Below, one piece after another: positions 7,958-15,382 of a DNA stretch of 45,588 bases. The notes beneath the pieces were generated by a model. It saw nothing but the letters and a program-made list of their open reading frames with translations, did not search any database and was not told where the DNA came from. The DNA is from Planctomycetota bacterium (GTDB taxonomy: Bacteria > Planctomycetota > PUPC01 > JABMSA01): NCBI GenBank assembly GCA_035527355.1, contig DATLAR010000079.1, positions 1-45,588 of the forward strand. Direction: 5' to 3'. The translations under genes were made by a program, and so were the position numbers. The first letter of the stretch is position 1. Each line of letters starts with the position of its first letter.

Positions 7958-10882
7958 TCATTTGCCGAGTTTCACGCAGTTCACCTGGATGCCTTGCTGC
8001 GACCAGCTTTGCACGCGCTCGCTCAGCAACGGGCTGTGCGTGAGGTAGATGATCTGCCTGCCCAATCGGGCGAGTTCGAGAATGGTGGCCACGGCTTCCT
8101 CGAATCGGTCGGCATCGAAGTTTACGAACGGATCGTCGAGTATCATCGGGAGGAACGTTCGGCCGCTCAGAGCGCTTGCGAGGGCGAGCCTCAGCGAGAA
8201 ATAGAGCTGGTCGGCCGTGCCGCGGCTGAGCTTGTCTACATCAACCTGCCTCTCGGTGCGGTCTACCGCGGTAATGCGCTGCGGCCAGCCGTCTACGAGG
8301 TTCACGGCCAAATAGGCGCCGGCGGTCATTCGCGAGAAGAATTCGGAAGCCGCTTGCTGCATCTTGGGCAGGTAAAGGCTGTGGTGCTCCTGGTCGATCT
8401 CTGCAAGGACCTCCGACGCGACGGAGCAGGCGGTGACCACGAAGTCGCCTAGTGCCACCTCGGCTTCGATGTATTGCTTCTCGCCCTCGAGCTCGGCCAG
8501 CGAGGGGCCGGCGTGCTCATCGAGCACGCCAAGCTCGGTACGCGCGGCGGTCAATTTGTCCGACAGCTCGGGGATTTCGAATTCAAGGCGTTCTTTCTCT
8601 TTGCGCCAAAGCTCGGTCTGCTCGACGCTGGGCTCGAAGCCGGGGAAATCCTGTTCGAGCCGCGCCATCGCCAGCTTCAGCTCGAGCGTGATGTCGAGCT
8701 GCTCGCGTTTCAGCTCGTCGAGCGTTTTGCCGCCGGCGTGAGCTTCCATAGAGGCGGTGAGCTTGTCTTTCCGCGCCTGAAGCACACGCAGCTTTCTGGT
8801 GCGCTCGGCGAGCTGCAGGATATCGTCGCACGACGTTCTCTGCAGGAAATCGCTCTCGTGCCTTGCGAGGTCCATCTGGTCTTTCTCGATGCGTTTTTTC
8901 TCGTCGCGCAGGTCTACCAGGGCGCTGCGTGCCGAGATGAGCATCTGGTCGCGCGCGTAAACCTTATCCTGGCCAAGGATGCCGGCCAGCCGCTCGCTCA
9001 GCCGCTCGACATCCAGGCGCTTGTCGCGCAACTGGTCGATCTTGTCGCGCAGGTCTGCGATGTTCGGAAAACCGAAGCTCTCGGCTAGCTGCCGTCCTTC
9101 CTTCTCGCATTCCTCCTTGGCTGCCAGGGCGTTGTCGCGCTCGTGAACGCATTGTTCATGCTCGCGCCTCAGCGACTTCAGGTCGCTCTGGTTTGTGCGA
9201 TACTCCTCGATGAACGACCTCACGCTGTCTTCGGGCAGGCCGATCTTCGCGGTGAATTCCGCGATGGAGGCGGTTGTCTCGTCCAGCAGATGCTGGGCTT
9301 CGAGTTCCTCGTTCTGCAGCTTGCGGTGCTCGCCGCGCCATTGATCGCGGCGGCTGCGGCGCTTGGTTTTCCACACCACCCACCACACGGCCAGCGCGAA
9401 AGTGATCGCGGCGCAGGCGCTGTCGAAGATCGCGTTCTTCACCTGCAGTGCTATCAGCGTGGGAAGCATGACCATGATTATCACGGGCGCTTCTACCCAG
9501 ATTTTTCCGAACGTGGGCGGAAAGCGCTTCGCCTCGTGCCGCTGAAGGTTGTCGTTGGCGTGGTCGTGCATCCGCGTGTGCTCGTCTTTGCGCAGTTCGA
9601 GCCTCTGCCATTCGGACTGCAACTGCCATGCGTCGCCGAGGTCGGGATGCTTCTTGGCAAACTGATCGAGGCCCCAGAGGCTGTGCTCAACGTGCTCCAG
9701 CCTGTCGCTCATCGCCTGCACGTGCTCCTCGGCCGCCTTCAAGCGGTCGGCCACTTCGCGGCGGCGTGCGTCCGTCTTGTCGAGGTTTTCGCGTGCGAGC
9801 GAACCGTACTCCACCACCTGCTGCTCGATAACTGAGATTTCCTTCGACAATTCCTCGGCCGCGCGCATCCTGTTCTGGAGCGTCTGCATGCGGTCGGCGC
9901 AGGCAGAGCTTTTCGCCACGAGCTCGGCACGCGCGCGTTCGAGATCGAGCCGCGCTCCATCGAGCTGGTCGGGATCGAACAGCGTGATAGGCCCGAGGTC
10001 GTCGAAATCGTGTTCGAGTTCCTCCAGCTTGCGGCTGCACTCCTCGATGCTGCGGATTCTGTCCTCCATCTCGTGGAAGCGCCGCCGCTCGGCGTCAAGC
10101 TTGTCTTCGATCCGCCGTTTGGCCTCGCTCTTGTCGAGGAATTGCCCCAGCTCGGCGAGCCGATCCTTTTTGCCCGGCAGGCGTGCTTCGAGGCTTTCGA
10201 TGCGCTCGGCCAGCTCTGCCCGGCGCTGCTCTTCCTTGCGAACGCGCTCGATGTCCGAAATCAGAATCTCCAGCCGCTCGGTCAGCTTGTCCAGTTGGCC
10301 GGGCGATTCGTTCTTCACCTTGCGCAGCTTCTTGCGAACCTCCTTGTCGAGGAAAGCGATGGCGTTTGACGCGGTGATGGAGTCGGGGCCGGCGAAGGTC
10401 GATTCGATGTTGCCGGCGATTCGCTTGAGATCGGAGCCTTGGGCGAGGTCGTTCTGGCACACGGAGATCGTGCGGTTGAAGATGTATGGGCTTTCGATGC
10501 CGGTTTGCTCTGCGATGATCCTCTCGACCTCTTCGCGGCTCTCGCTGACGAGCGCCCGGAGGCCGTCGGCTGCTATCGAATGGAGTTCGAGTTTGCCGTC
10601 GGCAACATCACGCACAACGGCAAAACGGCTCTCGCCGATGCCGTATTCGATCTCGATGCGGCACTCGGAGGTCTGCTCCCACGAGCGAGCGTCGTCCTTC
10701 GAGCGAATGAGGCCGTCGTCGCCTCGGCCGCGCACGCCGTACAGGCCCGTGATCAGCGCCTGGTGCAGCGTGCTCTTGCCGGCTTCATTGGGGCCGTGAA
10801 AAATATTCAGGCCCGGCCCGAAAGCCATTACCGACTTCCGGTATTTCTTGAAGCCCGTCATCTTTATGCAATGGAAACGCAT
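7958..10882 (-). CDS. SMC/Rad50-like AAA ATPase (SbcC, YhaN/SbcE type) with a central transmembrane hairpin
   Basis: Walker A FHGPNEAGKSTL. Very long Glu/Arg/Leu-rich coiled coils. Signature LSRGTADQLYFSLRLAL, Walker B LPMILDDPF, H-loop IIYLTHS. Two hydrophobic helices at aa about 461-504. No CxxC hook seen. Confidence 0.8.
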   Translation of the reverse strand: MRFHCIKMTGFKKYRKSVMAFGPGLNIFHGPNEAGKSTLHQALITGLYGVRGRGDDGLIRSKDDARSWEQTSECRIEIEYGIGESRFAVVRDVADGKLELHSIAADGLRALVSESREEVERIIAEQTGIESPYIFNRTISVCQNDLAQGSDLKRIAGNIESTFAGPDSITASNAIAFLDKEVRKKLRKVKNESPGQLDKLTERLEILISDIERVRKEEQRRAELAERIESLEARLPGKKDRLAELGQFLDKSEAKRRIEDKLDAERRRFHEMEDRIRSIEECSRKLEELEHDFDDLGPITLFDPDQLDGARLDLERARAELVAKSSACADRMQTLQNRMRAAEELSKEISVIEQQVVEYGSLARENLDKTDARRREVADRLKAAEEHVQAMSDRLEHVEHSLWGLDQFAKKHPDLGDAWQLQSEWQRLELRKDEHTRMHDHANDNLQRHEAKRFPPTFGKIWVEAPVIIMVMLPTLIALQVKNAIFDSACAAITFALAVWWVVWKTKRRSRRDQWRGEHRKLQNEELEAQHLLDETTASIAEFTAKIGLPEDSVRSFIEEYRTNQSDLKSLRREHEQCVHERDNALAAKEECEKEGRQLAESFGFPNIADLRDKIDQLRDKRLDVERLSERLAGILGQDKVYARDQMLISARSALVDLRDEKKRIEKDQMDLARHESDFLQRTSCDDILQLAERTRKLRVLQARKDKLTASMEAHAGGKTLDELKREQLDITLELKLAMARLEQDFPGFEPSVEQTELWRKEKERLEFEIPELSDKLTAARTELGVLDEHAGPSLAELEGEKQYIEAEVALGDFVVTACSVASEVLAEIDQEHHSLYLPKMQQAASEFFSRMTAGAYLAVNLVDGWPQRITAVDRTERQVDVDKLSRGTADQLYFSLRLALASALSGRTFLPMILDDPFVNFDADRFEEAVATILELARLGRQIIYLTHSPLLSERVQSWSQQGIQVNCVKLGK

Positions 10883-10911
10883 CGCGTATCCTTAAACGGT
10901 TTTGCTGATTC

Positions 10912-12018
10912 CTAATTCACGTTCCTGGCAAACGCCCGGATTCCCAGCTCGAGGGCCTTGTTCAGCAGCGGCTTTCTCTCGTCGCCCGCCTCGCCGATCC
11001 GCTCCTTCATCTTCTCCATGAACCTCTTCAGGTAAACGTTGTCGGCCGGCACATCGCCCACGCTGCTGAACGGGCTGTCGATGCGCAAATACGCGCACAT
11101 GTCCGAAAGCTCCTCTTTCAGCCGTTCGAGCCCCGCGATCACGTCGACCGATGGGCAGCCCTTCAACTGTATCCGCACGTAGCACGACGGCGACAGTATA
11201 CTCTCCACCTTGCGACGCAGCGAATCGTACGACTCGGCGGTGCAGTCGAACTCCTCGCTCACGTGCGACACGATGTTGATCTTGTGAAATCGGATATCCG
11301 TCTTGCCGTCGGCGATGGTGCCGATCACCACGTGGCGGTCTCCCAGGTCATTTCGCGAGAAGCCCAGCGCCTCGGGCGTACCGGGATATGCGGCGGGCAC
11401 CGGCCCCTCGATCTGCCTGCACGCGTGGTAATGCCCAAGAGCCACGTATGCGAAAGGCAGATTTCTCACGTCGTGCGTGGAAAACGGATGGCAATCGGCG
11501 GTTTCGATGCCGAAGTTCAGCCAGCTTCCGTGGCACATCAGCAGCGACACGCCGGCGCCCTCCGGCATGCTGATCTGTGCGAGCTGGTTCTTCGTCAGAT
11601 TCGAGCTGTCGGGGGCGATAGCCCACACGCTGATGCCAAGCCCGCGCAGCTCCTCCTGTTCGAGCACGGGATTCCGGAAGAATCTGGCGAATGGAAAGGC
11701 GGCCTTTGCCCAGAAGCTCTTCTCGCGCCACGGGTCGTGGTTGCCGGGGATCGCAAACGTTTTCACGCCGGCATCGCCGAGCCGCTGGAGCTGGCCGCGC
11801 AGGAAGCCGACGTCGCGCGGCGACGGATTCGCGGAATCGAACGTATCGCCCGTGAGCAGCAGCAGGTCGGCACGCTCTTGCGGCTTGATGGCGAGATCGA
11901 CAATGCGGGCAAAAGTTTCGCGCTGGTCAGCGCGCCGCCGATCGGCCGCCTCGCGCGGCAGCATGCTGTACGGCGCACCCAGGTGCAGATCAGAGCAATG
12001 AACGAACCTCAGCTTCAT
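10912..12018 (-). CDS. Mre11/SbcD-type metallophosphoesterase (YhaO/SbcF-like nuclease subunit)
   Basis: Calcineurin-like motifs in order: VHCSDLHLG, LTGDTFD, IPGNHD, MCHG, ALGHYH. Its stop lies 29 nt upstream of the ATPase gene start. Confidence 0.8.
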   Translation of the reverse strand: MKLRFVHCSDLHLGAPYSMLPREAADRRRADQRETFARIVDLAIKPQERADLLLLTGDTFDSANPSPRDVGFLRGQLQRLGDAGVKTFAIPGNHDPWREKSFWAKAAFPFARFFRNPVLEQEELRGLGISVWAIAPDSSNLTKNQLAQISMPEGAGVSLLMCHGSWLNFGIETADCHPFSTHDVRNLPFAYVALGHYHACRQIEGPVPAAYPGTPEALGFSRNDLGDRHVVIGTIADGKTDIRFHKINIVSHVSEEFDCTAESYDSLRRKVESILSPSCYVRIQLKGCPSVDVIAGLERLKEELSDMCAYLRIDSPFSSVGDVPADNVYLKRFMEKMKERIGEAGDERKPLLNKALELGIRAFARNVN

Positions 12019-12067
12019 CCGGCGCGTCTCCGTGCGGTATGGGTGCAGGAAGTCTTATCGGATGAAG

Positions 12068-12096
12068 ATTATAGCAAAAGCCAAGGGCGGAGTCAA
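12068..12096 (-). promoter_or_regulatory. consensus sigma70-type promoter TTGACT-N17-TATAAT for the sbcD-like operon
   Basis: Minus strand: TTGACT (12096-12091), exact 17-nt spacer, TATAAT (12073-12068), about 49 nt upstream of ATG 12018. GGAGA SD lies in the leader. Confidence 0.6.
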
Positions 12097-12114
12097 CGTT
12101 AAGAAGTTTCCGCG

Positions 12115-13923
12115 TTAAACGCCCCCGAACCGATAGTCATGTTTGCCGAGCTTCAGCTCAAACGGCCCGGGCGTGGGCGCTGCCGCACCGGCCTCCGGCA
12201 CGGGCACGCAAGCGGGAATGCTGCCGCTGAGCGATAGCGTGAGCACGAGCGATTCGGTGTCGAAGCTGGCCTCGAGCTTTTCCTGTCGGCTGGTGGCGTC
12301 GAAACCGTAATGCTCCTGCCACGCTTCGAGGTTCAGCAGGGCCGACGGAGCCGGCGTGTCGACGCAGAACGAGGTGGCGTCGTTGGCGGCGTCGAAGAGG
12401 TTTCCATCGGATTGGCAGCCGTCGGTGCGGGCGAGGAATATGCGCCTGGGGCAGCGCACGAAGATGTTGTTCAATACCTTGTGCTGGCGGCAAAGACCTG
12501 TTCTGCCGCCGACGACGCGGGCGGCCTGGCCGAGGTGGCAGTGCACGGCGTGGCGGTCGGGGATATTGCCGAAGAAATTGTTCGCCACTATCGATTTCTC
12601 GCCGGTGTCAACGTTCACGGCGGCGCCGCCCCAATGGTGGCTTGCCTCGCCCGACGTGCGGATATCCCAGAACAGATTGCGGTCGATCACGTTGGGCTGG
12701 TGGCTCACTTCGAGATACACTGCGCCATTGAGGCAGGTGATGTCGGCAAATACGTTCTGCGTTACGCGCGAGTTCTTGTTGAGGTAATCGAGCCACACGC
12801 CCGGAGCGTGGCAGACGTGGCGGAAGACATTGCGGCGGATGAGGACGGTATCGCAGGTGTGGAATTTGAGGGCGCCGGTTTCCCAGATGCGCTCGATGTT
12901 CATCCCGCCGATGCGTTCAACGATATTTCCATCGACGAGCGTGCCGGCGTTGTTGCCAACGGCCGCGATGCCGCAGACGCCGCAATCGGATACGGTATTC
13001 CGCCGGATCACGTGGTGGCCGGCGGGGTCGGAAGCAGGCCGCGCCGCATGCCAGGACTCGTTGCCGACGTCGATGCCGCAGGCGTTGGCCCAGCGAACGG
13101 TGTTGTTTTCGATGATCCAGTGATGCCCGCGCGAAGCGCTGAGCGCGGCCCGCTGCGGCACCGGCACGCCGTCGGCCGCGTGCTCGATGCGAAAGCCCGA
13201 CACGCGGATGTAGCCTAGCTGGCGGGCAATCGGCGCGAACACCTGCTCTTGCGTGGTAACCTCGATCGCGGAATCGCGCGGGTCGGCATCGCTCCAGAGG
13301 CGGAAGTGAATGCGCAGCCCGGGATCCTCCACCCAGAAAGAGCCCTCTTGCGCCCAAAGCTCGGCATAGCGAAACACCTGCGTCAGAGGGTGGCCGCTTG
13401 CGAAAATCATGCCGCGGCGAAGCTGCATGCGAAGCTGCTCGTCTTTCGACCAATCGGAGGTGAAAGTGGTGAACTCGGCCGACATGTTATTCGCGATGAA
13501 GGGGTTGTAGCCTGTGAACCATTCCGCAGGCAGGTCGGCCATCCACACTTTCGCGGTCGCCGAGCTTCGGCGATTCCAGCCGGTGCTCGGGCTGAAAGGC
13601 CCCTGGCAGACGCGCGAGCCGCGGATGGATACGTCTTCGCGGGGCGCGGCCTCGTATGCGATCATCGAATCGGGTCCGTTACCGCCTCGCGCCGGGCGCA
13701 CGCATTCGCGGTATATACCGCGGTGAACGACGACCTTCTGCCCCGCCTCGAGGATTGCGGCCGCGCGCCCTATCGTCGCAAACGGGCGGTCTTCGGTGCC
13801 GGGGTTGTCGTCGCTCGCGAGCGGGTTTTCACGCGCCACGTGGTAGACCTTCGCGTAGGCGGTTGTGTCGTCCCAGAATTCGAACGGCTTTCCATCCGGC
13901 ATAAGAACGGTATCGTTTGGCAT
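12115..13923 (-). CDS. right-handed parallel beta-helix repeat protein (pectate-lyase fold; probable polysaccharide lyase or hydrolase)
   Basis: N-terminal block typical of this fold as I remember it (RPFATIGRAAAILEAGQKVVVHRGIYRECV). Repeated N..V/I..N/C..G segments (IIENNTVRWANACGIDVG, IRRNTVSDCGVCGIAAVG, VDGNIVERIGG, IRRNVF). Start set to ATG 13923, about 10 nt after GGAAAGG; the track start is 13974. Confidence 0.7.
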   Translation of the reverse strand: MPNDTVLMPDGKPFEFWDDTTAYAKVYHVARENPLASDDNPGTEDRPFATIGRAAAILEAGQKVVVHRGIYRECVRPARGGNGPDSMIAYEAAPREDVSIRGSRVCQGPFSPSTGWNRRSSATAKVWMADLPAEWFTGYNPFIANNMSAEFTTFTSDWSKDEQLRMQLRRGMIFASGHPLTQVFRYAELWAQEGSFWVEDPGLRIHFRLWSDADPRDSAIEVTTQEQVFAPIARQLGYIRVSGFRIEHAADGVPVPQRAALSASRGHHWIIENNTVRWANACGIDVGNESWHAARPASDPAGHHVIRRNTVSDCGVCGIAAVGNNAGTLVDGNIVERIGGMNIERIWETGALKFHTCDTVLIRRNVFRHVCHAPGVWLDYLNKNSRVTQNVFADITCLNGAVYLEVSHQPNVIDRNLFWDIRTSGEASHHWGGAAVNVDTGEKSIVANNFFGNIPDRHAVHCHLGQAARVVGGRTGLCRQHKVLNNIFVRCPRRIFLARTDGCQSDGNLFDAANDATSFCVDTPAPSALLNLEAWQEHYGFDATSRQEKLEASFDTESLVLTLSLSGSIPACVPVPEAGAAAPTPGPFELKLGKHDYRFGGV

Positions 13924-13990
13924 AACAAGCATCCTTTCCTGTGTTCCAAGTGCCGAGTGCCAAGGGCCGAGCAAGATGCACCCGCTGCAA

Positions 13991-15235
13991 TCAGCCCTGT
14001 GCCACTTGCATCGCGATTTTTTCCCAGGCCCAGATGCGCTGCGGCTGGTTGCGCACGGTGCTCACGTCTTTCATTATGAACTCGACCCTGCATCCGCGCG
14101 TCTTCTCCATCACGCTCGTAAGGTTGGCGCGGGCAAGCTCGGGATTCCATTCTTCAGCGGCGAGCACCGCGGGATTGGGCTTATACGAGAAGATGAAATC
14201 GCCGCCTATTTTCGCGGCGGCCTCTTCCACCTTCACCCAGGTGCTCATCGAGATGCGGCGGAGGTTTGGAATGGTGCGCATCAGGTGTATTTTTTTGTGA
14301 AGCGGTTCGCAGCAGCCGTAGCAGTTCAGCCCGAAGCGTGCCAGGTATGGCCGCTCGTACTGCAGGCAGAATTCCTCGTGCATGTCGGGCGACACCTCGG
14401 AGAAAATCTGCCCGGTAGAGGTGCCCCACTGGTCCTTGGGGCGGACGTGTTTGCCGTCGAAATCCGGCTGGGGCAGCGTGTCGGTAATTCCCAGCCCGCC
14501 CGAGCCCACGCGATGGTTGCCGTTGCTCACCGCAAGCAGGCCCATCGCCTCCTGGCGGTTCAGCACGTCATGCACGCCGGCCATGAAACGCTTGAGCAAT
14601 TTGTGAACCAACTCGGGCCGGTCCACCATGTCCATGTACAACTGCTCGATGCCGTACCAGTGGATCATCACGTCCCACGGGGCCATCCACTGGTGCACGA
14701 TGCCGGTCTTCCGCACGGGCGCGATACCGTCGAATATCTCGCACGTCGCCTGGAAATTACGCTCGGTCGCGCACCAGTCCACCGTCACTTCCGGCGTGCG
14801 AAGCTTGTCCACGTCGCGCTCGTCGCGAATCACGGGCACGAATTTCGCGGAGCCGAAGCCATCGGCCGCGCGCATCGCATTCTCCTGGATGCCCCAGTCG
14901 GCATAGCACGACTGTGGCGAGCAGACGTACTGAGAGAGAAGCACCGGATCGACTACCATGTCGCCGGGCATGTGCCGCCACTGGTAGAGGGTCGTTCGCA
15001 GGCTGGCCTCGATCCACCGGCAGAACGAATCCGTGCAGCGCAGCGTAAGCTCGTCGTCCACGTTCAGTTCGTGCCAGGGCAGCTCGTTGATCCACACGAG
15101 CGGCCGCACGGGCTCCAGGCGGTTCAGCCGCCGCCACAGCTCGGCCTTCTGCTTGTGCACGGGCAGCGTGGCAACGGCCATGTACTGCCGGCCAAGTTCG
15201 CGCAGCACCTGTTTGTCTTCCGTGGAAATCTGCAT
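13991..15235 (-). CDS. hypothetical cytoplasmic protein; possibly URO-D/MtaA-like TIM-barrel fold (unverified)
   Basis: 414 aa, with GAGGA SD and normal composition. The weak family impression rests only on the N-terminal pattern (ELWRRLNRLEPVRPLVWINELPWHEL) and a Cys-rich stretch (LNCYGCCEPL). No signal peptide. Confidence 0.6.
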   Translation of the reverse strand: MQISTEDKQVLRELGRQYMAVATLPVHKQKAELWRRLNRLEPVRPLVWINELPWHELNVDDELTLRCTDSFCRWIEASLRTTLYQWRHMPGDMVVDPVLLSQYVCSPQSCYADWGIQENAMRAADGFGSAKFVPVIRDERDVDKLRTPEVTVDWCATERNFQATCEIFDGIAPVRKTGIVHQWMAPWDVMIHWYGIEQLYMDMVDRPELVHKLLKRFMAGVHDVLNRQEAMGLLAVSNGNHRVGSGGLGITDTLPQPDFDGKHVRPKDQWGTSTGQIFSEVSPDMHEEFCLQYERPYLARFGLNCYGCCEPLHKKIHLMRTIPNLRRISMSTWVKVEEAAAKIGGDFIFSYKPNPAVLAAEEWNPELARANLTSVMEKTRGCRVEFIMKDVSTVRNQPQRIWAWEKIAMQVAQG

Positions 15236-15286
15236 ATTCGTTTCCTCTGTCGGATGAAACTCTCGTAGCGCTGATTGCAGCAGACA

Positions 15287-15315
15287 AGTATAGCCGGAGC
15301 GGCTGCATAATTCAA
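15287..15315 (-). promoter_or_regulatory. sigma70-type promoter TTGAAT-N17-TATACT for the 414-aa gene and beta-helix gene
   Basis: Minus strand: TTGAAT (15315-15310), 17-nt spacer, TATACT (15292-15287), about 51 nt upstream of ATG 15235. Confidence 0.55.
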
Positions 15316-15382
15316 CTGGCAGATTCGATTGAAGGGCTTGAGATTCGCGAAGGTTGTTTCGGCCGAATCGTCAGGCGGCAGT

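Noticed and set aside
5534-8452. Very long ORFs antisense to recognisable genes. Examples: 972 aa at 5534..8452 (+), 538 aa at 46..1662, 773 aa at 1523..3844 (-). Others lie at 9777..10799, 13865..15268, 18688..19986, 20367..21917, 21948..22976, 27326..28636, 28650..29603, 39630..41165 and 41566..42798.
   Set aside because: Each lies opposite a CDS with clear family motifs. Their translations are rich in Arg, Ala, Gly, His, Pro or Ser, with no motifs, no SD and no sensible starts. In GC-rich genomes, high GC3 removes TTA/CTA/TCA codons from the sense strand, so antisense frames stay open. I treat them as shadow ORFs, not overprinted genes.
7958-12018. Reading the ATPase plus metallophosphoesterase pair as a phage-defence system (Lamassu-, Wadjet- or Gabija-like)
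   Set aside because: The motifs and gene order match the chromosomal SbcCD / YhaO-YhaN repair-nuclease type. No effector domains (Toprim/OLD, HNH, Sir2, TIR and the like), mobile-element neighbours or compositional anomaly are visible. The flanks are housekeeping genes.
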